Assembly: GCA_041665345.1 (NCBI GenBank)
Contig: JBAYJA010000001.1
Coordinates: 329,206-393,205, forward strand
From: Patescibacteria group bacterium
Lineage (GTDB): Bacteria > Patescibacteriota > Patescibacteriia > PEXW01
Reading direction: 5' to 3'
Length of the DNA stretch: 64,000 nt
Shown: in pieces, positions 18,231-26,836 of the stretch
How the letters are laid out: each line of letters begins with the position of its first letter
Position numbering within the stretch: position 1 is the stretch's first letter
Position numbers and translations under genes: made by a program
Notes under the pieces: generated by a model
What the model was told of the DNA's origin: nothing
What the model saw: the letters and a program-made list of their open reading frames with translations, nothing else
Databases searched by the model: none

Positions 18231-19808
18231 ATGCACGAACTCTTACCAGCCATGGAAAAGTATATCCCAAACGGTACTCGAGCAACGCAATATGGGAACG
18301 CATCGGCATTTGCGGTTCCCGTCGGGGACATTGTTCGCGTTGCTACAGACTTGCAGAAACGGCATGGGTTGACCTTCAAGTGCATTACCGCGACTGACGA
18401 CCGAAACGAAGGTGGGGGATTTACCTTGTGGTACATTTTTAGTGCACGGAACGAGCAAGCATTCGTCATCCCATACATTACCCTGAAGGATACCGATGTA
18501 TTTCCTTCATTGGCGAAGGTCATGCAAAGTGCATGGAACTTTGAAAAGCGAATTCGAAGCTTCTTTGGCCTGCAACTGAGTGGTCATCCAGATGGTCGCC
18601 AAACTGTACTCCATGAGAATTGGCCCACGAATCTTTTCCCGTTACGAAAAGATTTTCAGTGGCAGACCCGTCCTGCAACTGCGCAGGGTGCGTACCCCTT
18701 CCAAGTAGTGGAAGGTGAAGGGATCTACGAAATTCCCGTTGGTCCTATTCATGCTGGGATTATTGAGCCGGGACACTTCCGCTTTAGCGTGGCCGGGGAA
18801 GAGATCGTGCTCCTGGAGCCACGGCTTGGGTTTGTCCATAAGGGCAGTGAAAAGCTTTTTGAGCAAGTCTCACTGGCGGACAAAGTCCGGCTTGCAGAAA
18901 AAATTTCTGGCGATAGTTCATTCAGTCACTCGCTAGCCTTCTGCCTAGCAGTGGAACAACTAGGGAATATCATCGTACCAGAACGAGCAAGTTACCTACG
19001 CGTGATCTTTGCTGAACTGGAGCGGCTGGCCAACCACTTTGGGGATATTGGCGCGATGATGCTGGATACGGGTTTTAACTTTGGTGGGAGTAACGGTGCT
19101 CGCCTGCGAGAAATGGTCATGCAGCTCAACGAGCGCTTAACCGGCAGTCGATTCTTACGTGGTACCAACGTGGTCGGCGGGGTCACCAAGGATATTGCTC
19201 ACGATGCGCAGCAGCAACTCGCGAGTGACTTGCAGGCCATGAAGGAGGATTTTGAGGAAGTTATTGCCATTGCGGAGGGCAGCGTTTCGCTCACCAACCG
19301 TTTGAAAGGTACGGGTGTTTTGACGAACGCCGTTGCTGCAGAGCACGGGATTGTGGGCGTGTCAGCTCGCGCAGCGGGGATTGCCATAGATACGCGCATT
19401 GACTTCCCATACGCGGCGTACGCGAAACTTACTCTTGGTGACATCCCAGTGGAGCAGGCTGGTGATGCTCACGCCCGATTCCAAGTTCGGATAGCGGAAG
19501 CGCGGTCCGCAATGGAGATCATCCAGCAAGCACTTCGGGCTCTGCCCGTCGGCCCCATCGTTACTTCAGTTAACCATGTGGTATTGCAAAAAAGTACCAT
19601 AGCCGTTAGCGCCGTTGAGGGCTGGCGCGGCGAAATTGTATACTTCCTCCAGACTGATACCCAGGGGAATATCAGCCGCGTTGCACCACGGGATCCGTCA
19701 ATCCTCAATTGGGTCGCATTGAGCCATGCTGGGGTAGGCAATGTGGTGCCAGACTTCCCGCTCATCAACAAGAGTTTTAACCTCTCGTACGCCGGGTATG
19801 ACTTGTAA
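18231..19808 (+). CDS. fused NuoC-NuoD / HycE-like large subunit lacking NiFe-binding cysteines
   Basis: N-terminal NuoC-like part (GGGFTLWYIF), then the large-subunit core (PVGPIHAGIIEPGHFRFSV...LGFVHKGSEKL). The L1 motif position reads ISGDSSFSHSLA instead of RxCGxCxxxH; the C-terminus (…KSFNLSYAGYDL) has no DPCxxC. Confidence 0.8.
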   Translation: MHELLPAMEKYIPNGTRATQYGNASAFAVPVGDIVRVATDLQKRHGLTFKCITATDDRNEGGGFTLWYIFSARNEQAFVIPYITLKDTDVFPSLAKVMQSAWNFEKRIRSFFGLQLSGHPDGRQTVLHENWPTNLFPLRKDFQWQTRPATAQGAYPFQVVEGEGIYEIPVGPIHAGIIEPGHFRFSVAGEEIVLLEPRLGFVHKGSEKLFEQVSLADKVRLAEKISGDSSFSHSLAFCLAVEQLGNIIVPERASYLRVIFAELERLANHFGDIGAMMLDTGFNFGGSNGARLREMVMQLNERLTGSRFLRGTNVVGGVTKDIAHDAQQQLASDLQAMKEDFEEVIAIAEGSVSLTNRLKGTGVLTNAVAAEHGIVGVSARAAGIAIDTRIDFPYAAYAKLTLGDIPVEQAGDAHARFQVRIAEARSAMEIIQQALRALPVGPIVTSVNHVVLQKSTIAVSAVEGWRGEIVYFLQTDTQGNISRVAPRDPSILNWVALSHAGVGNVVPDFPLINKSFNLSYAGYDL

Positions 19809-20018
19809 GTATTTTCCAGTTCGCCTTTTCAGGTTGTCCACAGGTCCTTGGTACGCCAGGCTGGCAGGGGTGCAATTGTCTGTCAAAACTTTGGCAAAAT
19901 GCTGATCAGATAGGCATGGAGTCCACTTCTGCTTTTCTGCGTCCGGTGGTAGAATACGGGCATGGAGCGCCAATTGTTCCAGCCAAAAAAGCTGAATTTC
20001 AGGAGGCCCTGTTAGTCG

Positions 20019-20044
20019 CGCCCGCGTTCACCCGCGGGTTTTTT
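20019..20044 (+). terminator. rho-independent terminator
   Basis: cccgcg-ttcacc-cgcggg hairpin followed by TTTTTT, about 210 nt after the large-subunit stop. Confidence 0.7.
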
Positions 20045-20060
20045 GTAAACACTAAGTTCG

Positions 20061-20588
20061 TTGACAATTCGTTCAGCCAGAAAGGAGGTTGCCTTCCAAG
20101 ACCTACAACACACCATATGTCCTCACTTCGACATATTCTTTTTTGAGCCGGTTGGCATTGAGATTAATGGGCAGCTTTTCTGTCAGTTACCGCACAGGGT
20201 GCAGAAGACGTACCGGCACAAACACTTTGAGCTTGCCGGCATGCTTTTTGAGACCGTAGAAGAGGTCCTCATGGCTCGTTTGCTCATTGCCATGCGGATT
20301 CGCTTCATGCATCACATTCGTTTTCCCATAGCTGACAGCGCCGTCTGTCCGGATTTCACCTTAGACAAGATGTTCAAGTGGGAAACGAACGTTGGTGACC
20401 CACACCACGGCAAGATTTTTTTGAATATTGAAGTGAAGCGAACAAATGCTGCCATCCAGCGACATAGTGGAAAGTACACAACGCTTGAAGAAGCGTACGG
20501 TGTGCCAACACTCCTTTTGTCTGCTGTCGAAATCACAAAGTACCTTCATACTGGTGCATTACCAATTGTTGCCCTGCAGGCTGCATAA
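20061..20588 (+). CDS. PD-(D/E)xK nuclease-fold protein (DUF559/Vsr-like), paralog 1; start uncertain
   Basis: ...FPIADSAVCPDF... then ...IFLNIEVKR... gives a D...E-x-K arrangement; paralogous to the next gene; true start may be internal (possible GTG about 20209). Confidence 0.5.
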   Translation: MTIRSARKEVAFQDLQHTICPHFDIFFFEPVGIEINGQLFCQLPHRVQKTYRHKHFELAGMLFETVEEVLMARLLIAMRIRFMHHIRFPIADSAVCPDFTLDKMFKWETNVGDPHHGKIFLNIEVKRTNAAIQRHSGKYTTLEEAYGVPTLLLSAVEITKYLHTGALPIVALQAA

Positions 20589-20685
20589 CCAAACAACCGA
20601 GAACTGGAGGTCCGTCTTCCTTACCAAAAAAGCAAAAAGAGAATTTGAAAATCAGAAAAACGTTGCACTTTGCCCAACGTTACCT

Positions 20686-21144
20686 ATGTCGCGGAGTGGC
20701 TTTGAATTCCGCGGTGTGGTGTACACCCCACGCTGTAACCCAGAAAACCATCTTGGGAAACCATGTACCTGTGGTTTTCTAGAAACAGAAGAGGAGTTCC
20801 TCATTCAGGAGCTGCTCATTAGTATGGGTATTGAATCCATTCATCACATCCATTTCCCCATGGGAGATGACTGGGGAGTTAGCCCCGATTTCGTCTTCGA
20901 CACGCTCTTTGTGTGGGATGGAGGACGGGGCGATCCGTACAATGGTCAAATCCTTCTGGGTATTGAAGCAAAGTGCTCAGAAGGTGGCCGATCCACGAGT
21001 TACAAACGCTACCGCTTGCTAGCCATGAAACTCCGAGTTCCCATTCTCATTCTCACCCGAAGTGAAATTGAGAAATGGTTCAGCTATGGTCGTTTGCCAT
21101 TAAAGCGTGCAACCAGAGAGCAGTACGAAAAGTTGGTTGCGTAA
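20686..21144 (+). CDS. PD-(D/E)xK nuclease-fold protein (DUF559/Vsr-like), paralog 2
   Basis: ...FPMGDDWGVSPDF... and ...ILLGIEAKC...; ATG at 20686 (ORF open from 20446 but overlapping the previous gene). Confidence 0.55.
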   Translation: MSRSGFEFRGVVYTPRCNPENHLGKPCTCGFLETEEEFLIQELLISMGIESIHHIHFPMGDDWGVSPDFVFDTLFVWDGGRGDPYNGQILLGIEAKCSEGGRSTSYKRYRLLAMKLRVPILILTRSEIEKWFSYGRLPLKRATREQYEKLVA

Positions 21145-21151
21145 TTCTTTT

Positions 21152-21187
21152 GGCCTGTCACATCTCGTGACAGGCCTTCTTTTTTTG
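21152..21187 (+). terminator. rho-independent terminator
   Basis: ggcctgtcac-atctc-gtgacaggcc perfect hairpin followed by a T-run. Confidence 0.85.
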
Positions 21188-21199
21188 CTATACTCTCCA

Positions 21200-21330
21200 T
21201 GCAGGCATTTACGGAACTGAAGTGCCAAGGATGGGTTAGCCTGTTGGGCGTATGGGGATGTGAACAAACTCCTTGGAAAAGGAGAGCTAAGAACCTTGAG
21301 CAGGGCAACCCATCGCCCTGCTTTTTTTCA
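21200..21330 (+). ncRNA. candidate small structured RNA or cis-regulatory leader ending in an intrinsic terminator
   Basis: Non-coding stretch with internal stem (ccaagga...tccttgg) and terminal cagggc-aacccatc-gccctg hairpin plus T7; a promoter-like TTGACG-N17-TAGGGT follows for the next gene. Confidence 0.3.
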
Positions 21331-21394
21331 GCTTGACGAAGCTTTGGATTCTGCATAGGGTGGAGAGAGAAAAACTGAAAACCAAGGAGGCAAT

Positions 21395-21757
21395 GTGCCA
21401 GGTGTGTACTACGAATATGTACGACGATTGAAGATTGAAATGTTAAAAGCTGGAAAACTGAATATCTTTTACGTGAAGGTGTACTACTGCGTTGGGTTCA
21501 ATGGTGACGAAGAAACGTGCGATGCGTGGTACCAACCTTGCGCGCACTGTGGTCTGCAGAAGAAAAAGCAGCGGACGTACCGGCCGTACGTGGAGATGGT
21601 GAAAGTTGAAGTAGAAGCTACTCCAGAAAAAATCATCAAAGACCATTCAGCCATTTGGCAATTAGCAACGGTCGCGTTCTTCCAGGAGCCGGACATTAAA
21701 GATCGTCCAGCATACTGCAAGGATTGTCCAAAGACACCCGCAAAATCCAAGACCTGA
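21395..21757 (+). CDS. Cys-rich (zinc-ribbon-like) small protein
   Basis: AGGAGG RBS; CDAWYQPCAHCG ... CKDCP cysteine pairs. Confidence 0.45.
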   Translation: MPGVYYEYVRRLKIEMLKAGKLNIFYVKVYYCVGFNGDEETCDAWYQPCAHCGLQKKKQRTYRPYVEMVKVEVEATPEKIIKDHSAIWQLATVAFFQEPDIKDRPAYCKDCPKTPAKSKT

Positions 21758-21769
21758 AAATGTGTAGTT

Positions 21770-21800
21770 GGCGACCCCCCCAAAGGTCGCCATTTTTTTT
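21770..21800 (+). terminator. rho-independent terminator
   Basis: ggcgaccccccc-aaa-ggtcgcc hairpin followed by T8. Confidence 0.75.
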
Positions 21801-21866
21801 GACAGCCGCAGGGTTATCGCCTAGGCTGGAGGCAAAGCATGTACTCATTCCCGTGAAGGAGGGAAT

Positions 21867-22136
21867 ATGAAAAGATCCTTTGCTTGCTCAGACCAACATG
21901 ATGTTATCGCCATTGATCGTGATGACCCGGATCTGCTGCAAATCGGCCACCTCGTTGGGGTGCATGAAGTGTGCGGTGGTACCGTCTTCTGCCGAGCGAG
22001 CTCACAGACGCATCATGCAATGTGCTGCAACACCTGTGGTTTACGGGTAGTGGTACCAAACACCATTGACACCTTTGGAGAGCTGCTCGAGCACTTTCAA
22101 ATTCTGGGTTTCCCAAAGCTCCGTCCATTTGAGTAG
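21867..22136 (+). CDS. Cys-rich small protein
   Basis: AAGGAGGG RBS; CGGTVFC...CCNTCG cysteine pairs. Confidence 0.45.
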   Translation: MKRSFACSDQHDVIAIDRDDPDLLQIGHLVGVHEVCGGTVFCRASSQTHHAMCCNTCGLRVVVPNTIDTFGELLEHFQILGFPKLRPFE

Positions 22137-22144
22137 CACCATCA

Positions 22145-22174
22145 CAGGACTCCATCTGGGGTCCTGTTTCTTTT
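22145..22174 (+). terminator. rho-independent terminator
   Basis: caggac-tccatctggg-gtcctg hairpin followed by TTTCTTTT. Confidence 0.7.
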
Positions 22175-22241
22175 GTCTTGACAACGCGTCAGGCTGGTTG
22201 TAGGGTGATGAGAAATAAAAACCATCAAACATGGAGGGTTC

Positions 22242-22568
22242 ATGGCACATTTGCACTATGATAACGAGTTAGTGGTTGACGTGGAGGGGGTTGACTACCG
22301 GGTGCTCTACACAACCTCAATGGAGCCGGTGGATGATTACTGCGCTGACTGTCGGCAGTATACGGATCCAAAAAATACGGTTTTCCAAGGAAGGGTAATA
22401 ATCGTACACATTGAGGACACCAGTGCGGGAAATGAGCCGGTAGAACTCACGAGCGATCAGGGGAAAGCGGTACGCGAGGCCTTTTTGGAGGAGGATGAAA
22501 TTATCCAAAAACGGCAGATCCGGTGTCAGGAATGCTTAGAGGAAATGGGAAGGTCGGCCAGCAGTTGA
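22242..22568 (+). CDS. hypothetical small protein with CxxC pairs
   Basis: GGAGGG RBS; YCADC ... RCQEC. Confidence 0.45.
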   Translation: MAHLHYDNELVVDVEGVDYRVLYTTSMEPVDDYCADCRQYTDPKNTVFQGRVIIVHIEDTSAGNEPVELTSDQGKAVREAFLEEDEIIQKRQIRCQECLEEMGRSASS

Positions 22569-22577
22569 TCATTTTTT

Positions 22578-22609
22578 CCCCCACCTGGTGTCAGGTGGGG
22601 TTTTGTTTT
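22578..22609 (+). terminator. rho-independent terminator
   Basis: cccccacctgg-tgtc-aggtgggg hairpin followed by a T-run. Confidence 0.75.
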
Positions 22610-22687
22610 GTCTTGACCTTTTTGCTGATTGTGTTAGGCTCCAGGGAAACCGAAAATTGCACTTCACAATTATACCAAGGAGGGAAA

Positions 22688-23425
22688 ATGCAGAAGTGTT
22701 TCATTTCTCTGCTCGTGGTGATGTTTGCCATGATCCAACCCGCGGCCGCACAACGGAAAGCCCCAGTAACCGATGCTAAGATGTTTGAAGTCTCGTTTGC
22801 CTGGGGTCGTTCGCAGACATTTGCGTTTCAAACATTCCCCGGCAGTGCGCGAACCGCAAATGGCGCCTTGCTTACGGACACGACGCTTATCCTGCGTCGG
22901 CAACCCAGCTTTACGGCCATGGCCTCGTACCAGCCATTCAAGGTCATGCACGTTGGTGTCCAACTCACCAGTACGCCGGATGCACGGGCAATAGAAAGCC
23001 AGTACCCCGGCCACGCCGCCGCGGACGATTCCTGGTACAGCATTACGGCCACCGAAGTCCAGTGGGGGATTGTTGGGTTCATTACCACCCCCTGGAGCAA
23101 CCCGTCCAGCCGCGCCAGCTGGCTCATGTACCGCGCAAAGATTGGTGGAACGTTTGACTTGAGTGGTTATAGCATTGATGCCCTGGTGAGCCAGAGCAAC
23201 GGTTCGGTTGTGGAACAGCAGCTTGGCCGGATGCACGAGCATCGGTTCTTCGTCTCCCTGGAGACGGGTTTCAAAAATCCTTTTGGTCGGGCTGGCGCCG
23301 TCTTTGGTCACATTGGCTACGCCTACTCGTTGTACCAATTTGCGCACGAGGACGCTCCGGGTTTACGTTTTGCACCAAACACCCGCCACCGCCTCACTCT
23401 CGGCGTGGGTATCTCCATCTCCTGA
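22688..23425 (+). CDS. secreted hypothetical protein
   Basis: AAGGAGGG RBS then ATG; signal peptide ...QPAAA|QRKAP; beta-rich composition. Confidence 0.5.
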   Translation: MQKCFISLLVVMFAMIQPAAAQRKAPVTDAKMFEVSFAWGRSQTFAFQTFPGSARTANGALLTDTTLILRRQPSFTAMASYQPFKVMHVGVQLTSTPDARAIESQYPGHAAADDSWYSITATEVQWGIVGFITTPWSNPSSRASWLMYRAKIGGTFDLSGYSIDALVSQSNGSVVEQQLGRMHEHRFFVSLETGFKNPFGRAGAVFGHIGYAYSLYQFAHEDAPGLRFAPNTRHRLTLGVGISIS

Positions 23426-23440
23426 TCCTTCGTTTTTTAA

Positions 23441-23466
23441 CCCCAGCAGACGTGCTGGGGTTTTTG
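23441..23466 (+). terminator. rho-independent terminator
   Basis: ccccagcag-acgt-gctgggg followed by TTTTT. Confidence 0.8.
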
Positions 23467-23547
23467 ACATTCGCATTGGCTTTGGGTAGGCTTGGGGCTC
23501 GATGGAAAAAAGAAAAATAACAATAGACATAGACAACAGGAGGTTGC

Positions 23548-24282
23548 ATGCAGAAATACGAGGTTTTGGTGTTTTGCGCCCACCCGGATGATGCCGAACG
23601 GCACATGGGTGGTACCCTTGCCCACTTGGCGCGTAGCGGCAGGCAAGTGCTGATGATCTCCCTGACCTCGGGTGAAATGGGGACGCATGGTGATTCGGTA
23701 ACGCGGAAGCAAGAATTTCAGGCTTCTGCCAAGGTATTGGGCGTTGACGGATTGTTGATGCACTTCATGGATACCGGTGTTGAGAATACTCGTACCGGCC
23801 AGCTAGAGATTGCCAGGTTGATGAGAGCGCATCAGCCAAGCGTGGTATTTGCCCCGTTCCCGGTGTGCGGTTCAATATTGCACGGCGTCTCCGCGCACAC
23901 GGACCACTACACGACCGGCGAACTTGTTACGCAGTCCATTCTCCTGGCGAAACTTGCAAAGGTGGATGCTACTCCTCCTCACCGTGTGGAGCACTTGCTC
24001 TACTACATGCTGCCGCCGGATGTTGCGCCAAATGTGCTCATTGGCATTTCGGATGAGGATCTGCGTGTCGGTATGCAAGCCATTGCGTGCCACGAATCGC
24101 AGCTGGCAAGTTACACCGGTGATGTACCACTGGCGGAGTACCTCACCTCAGTGCGGCGGGTGCAGTGCCGGCAGTACGGTGTTCGTTTGCCAAATGGGTG
24201 CCACGTGGCTGAAGGTTTTCTCCACCTTGGTCCGCTGGTGCTCCGCGGCAATTCTCTAAACGTCCTTTTTGGAAAGGTATAA
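23548..24282 (+). CDS. PIG-L/LmbE-family N-acetylglucosaminyl deacetylase
   Basis: VLVFCAHPDDAE zinc-binding motif near the N-terminus, about 244 aa. Confidence 0.7.
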   Translation: MQKYEVLVFCAHPDDAERHMGGTLAHLARSGRQVLMISLTSGEMGTHGDSVTRKQEFQASAKVLGVDGLLMHFMDTGVENTRTGQLEIARLMRAHQPSVVFAPFPVCGSILHGVSAHTDHYTTGELVTQSILLAKLAKVDATPPHRVEHLLYYMLPPDVAPNVLIGISDEDLRVGMQAIACHESQLASYTGDVPLAEYLTSVRRVQCRQYGVRLPNGCHVAEGFLHLGPLVLRGNSLNVLFGKV

Positions 24283-24290
24283 ATGTAAAA

Positions 24291-24322
24291 ACCCCAGGGC
24301 GAATGTTCTGGGGTTTGACTTT
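24291..24322 (+). terminator. rho-independent terminator
   Basis: ccccag-ggcgaatgtt-ctgggg hairpin followed by TTTGACTTT. Confidence 0.6.
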
Positions 24323-24405
24323 GCGTACAAACTGCAGTACACTGCATTTCGACGATTGACAAACGTCCTCATCTGAGGGGGAGTTTGTGCCATTTCCTTT
24401 TCTCT

Positions 24406-26199
24406 ATGTCGCAACATACATCCGCAACATTACGTATATACTGGCAGCACGTGAAACGGTATCCCTGGGTTACCGGCATTGCGTTGGCTGCAATCATTCT
24501 CGCTACAAGTGAGGGTGTGGTTTTACCGTTGCTGTTCAAGAAGTTTTTCGACACATTGGCGAATGCTGGTTTTGATCGGAACAGCGTTGCACAGCAGTTA
24601 CTTCACGCGCTGCTCGCCATTGGTGCCTTGGAATTGTTTGGCTGGGCTATGTACCGGGTTGCCACCTTTGCATCGATCATTGTGCAAGGCAAAGTAATGT
24701 TCGACGTGAGTACCATGTCCTTTGCCACACTGCACCGGCACGCCGTGAGTTTTTTCGCCAATAACTTTGTGGGCTCACTGGTGAAAAAGGTGAAGTGGTT
24801 TTCTCGTGCGTTTGAAAAAGTGTCTGACGACATTTTCTGGCGCATTATTCCCATGATTGTCAGCTTGGTGGCAATTACCGCCGTGCTCTTTCAGCGTAAC
24901 GCTACGTTGGGACTCGTCATTTTCATTTGGCTCGTCATCTTCCTTGGCGCGCAGGTGTTCTTCATTCGGTACAAACTCAAGTACGATCTGGCGCGTTCCG
25001 CAGCGGAGACCAAGTCCACCGCAATTCTGGCGGATTCCATAACCAACTACAGTACGATTACGCTCTTTGGTGGCTTCCTGCGAGAAGTGCGGCGGTTCAG
25101 CCGAGCGATGGATAACCAACGACGGCTGTACATGCTGAGCTGGAATATCAGCGGCATTTTTGACTCGGTCCAAGGCTTCCTGATGATTTGCCTGGAGATA
25201 GGTGGTTTCATTTTGGTCATCCACCTGTGGAAGCAGGGGACACTCACGCTGGGAGACTTCGTACTCTTCCAGTCGTACGTGTTGGTGCTCTTCAACCGGC
25301 TATGGGATTTTGGCCGTGTGGCTCGGGACGTGTATGAAAGTTTGGCAGACGCCGATGAAATGACCGTGGTGCTGCAAACACCCCTAGAAGTAACGGACGT
25401 CGCCACAGCCAAACCCTTGGTTGTTTCGAGCGGTGCCGTACGCTTTTCTACTGTCGACTTCAATTACCGGCGAACCCGGCGCGTGCTCCATGGCTTCAGT
25501 CTGGACATTGCACCAGGAGAGCACGTGGCACTGGTTGGCCCATCCGGGGCGGGGAAATCAACGGTCGTCAAAATTTTGCTTCGGTTGCATGACGTTTCGG
25601 GTGGCACCATTACCATTGATGGTCAGGATGTTTCCAAAGTCACGCAGGAGAGTTTGCGTCAGAACATTAGTTTGGTGCCGCAAGATCCGGTACTGTTCCA
25701 CCGTTCGCTCATGGAGAACATTCGGTACGGCAAGCCGGAGGCTACGGATCAGGAAGTTATTGCGGCAGCCACCGCGGCTCACTGTCATGAGTTCATTCAG
25801 ACTTTCCCTGAGCAGTACAACACTTTTGTGGGTGAGCGCGGGGTGAAACTCTCCGGGGGCGAGCGCCAGCGCGTGGCCATTGCCCGGGCAATGCTCGCGA
25901 ATACACCCATTCTCGTCTTGGATGAAGCGACATCCAGTTTGGATTCCGAATCTGAACAGCTGGTGCAGGCCGCCTTGGCGAAGCTTATGGCCGGGAAGAC
26001 AGTCTTAGCAATTGCCCACCGTCTTTCAACGATCCGCGCGATGGACCGCATTGTGGTCATGGACAATGGTCGCATTACGGAAACCGGTACGCACGATCAG
26101 CTGCTGGCTATGGAGCTGAGCCTGTACGGCAAACTTTGGAACCTCCAAGTTGCGGGTACGGGGGTGTTACCGCAGGTTGCAGAAGAAGACGAAGCATAG
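24406..26199 (+). CDS. ABC exporter, fused permease-ATPase (MsbA/type I exporter family)
   Basis: 6-TM N-terminal half, then Walker A GPSGAGKST, signature LSGGERQRVAIARA, Walker B LVLDEATSSLD; start may be TTG at 24385. Confidence 0.85.
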   Translation: MSQHTSATLRIYWQHVKRYPWVTGIALAAIILATSEGVVLPLLFKKFFDTLANAGFDRNSVAQQLLHALLAIGALELFGWAMYRVATFASIIVQGKVMFDVSTMSFATLHRHAVSFFANNFVGSLVKKVKWFSRAFEKVSDDIFWRIIPMIVSLVAITAVLFQRNATLGLVIFIWLVIFLGAQVFFIRYKLKYDLARSAAETKSTAILADSITNYSTITLFGGFLREVRRFSRAMDNQRRLYMLSWNISGIFDSVQGFLMICLEIGGFILVIHLWKQGTLTLGDFVLFQSYVLVLFNRLWDFGRVARDVYESLADADEMTVVLQTPLEVTDVATAKPLVVSSGAVRFSTVDFNYRRTRRVLHGFSLDIAPGEHVALVGPSGAGKSTVVKILLRLHDVSGGTITIDGQDVSKVTQESLRQNISLVPQDPVLFHRSLMENIRYGKPEATDQEVIAAATAAHCHEFIQTFPEQYNTFVGERGVKLSGGERQRVAIARAMLANTPILVLDEATSSLDSESEQLVQAALAKLMAGKTVLAIAHRLSTIRAMDRIVVMDNGRITETGTHDQLLAMELSLYGKLWNLQVAGTGVLPQVAEEDEA

Positions 26200-26228
26200 T
26201 GCAAGCAAGGTGCACTTGTAGTTCAGAA

Positions 26229-26257
26229 ACCCCAGCACGCACATGCTGGGGTTTTTC
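26229..26257 (+). terminator. rho-independent terminator
   Basis: ccccagcacgc-acat-gctgggg followed by TTTTT. Confidence 0.8.
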
Positions 26258-26280
26258 CTGAGAATCTAACTTTTTGTAGA

Positions 26281-26306
26281 CAAAAGGGCGCTTGGAAAAG
26301 CGCCCT
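26281..26306 (-). terminator. terminator for the minus-strand small gene
   Basis: agggcgctt-ggaa-aagcgccct hairpin with T4 on the minus strand. Confidence 0.5.
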
Positions 26307-26337
26307 AAAAAAATGTGATAAAAACGAAATGGGAATG

Positions 26338-26541
26338 TTACTGTTTTTTGATAGTTTCTTCCGCTCGTTGCACTCCATACACAAAAATGGCAATGAGCGA
26401 AACGAACTCGATCAATACAAGTCCCGGAAACAAAACTTTATGAACGAGTGGCGTGTCTATTTGTGTTCTTATGCACAAACTAACAATCCCAACAATAGCC
26501 CATGCGGCTACAAAAAGCATAATCTTCATTTTCTTTTTCAC
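26338..26541 (-). CDS. small 2-TM membrane protein
   Basis: GGAGG RBS and GTG start on the minus strand; 67 aa, two hydrophobic helices. Confidence 0.5.
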   Translation of the reverse strand: MKKKMKIMLFVAAWAIVGIVSLCIRTQIDTPLVHKVLFPGLVLIEFVSLIAIFVYGVQRAEETIKKQ

Positions 26542-26836
26542 TAGAACCTCCGAGTATCATTTGTAATGTACTTTTCCAATTTGTATACCTAGTATAACAA
26601 AAAGAGCGTCAACGTAAACATTTGCGGTTTTGATTGCATCTTGGAAAAGCTAGGTACACTGGGTGACTACTCTGTAGTTACCTTTTTGACCCCCCCTTAC
26701 TCCCTGGAGTGTCTTGTAGGTCCCGTTTCCCTAACGGCGCTTTATCCCCCCACATAGCCAAAGCGCTATACTTATTCTATAAACACGTACTATAATAGAG
26801 GAGTTCAGTCCGTCTTTCCCCCTTTTGACCAACCGT

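Noticed and set aside
20446-20685. Upstream extension of the second PD-(D/E)xK ORF
   Set aside because: It overlaps the end of paralog 1. Homology between the paralogs begins near the ATG at 20686.
24385-24405. TTG start for the ABC exporter
   Set aside because: Kept as an alternative only. The ATG at 24406 gives a conventional N-terminus, although the purine-rich stretch sits closer to the TTG, so the start is ambiguous within 21 nt.
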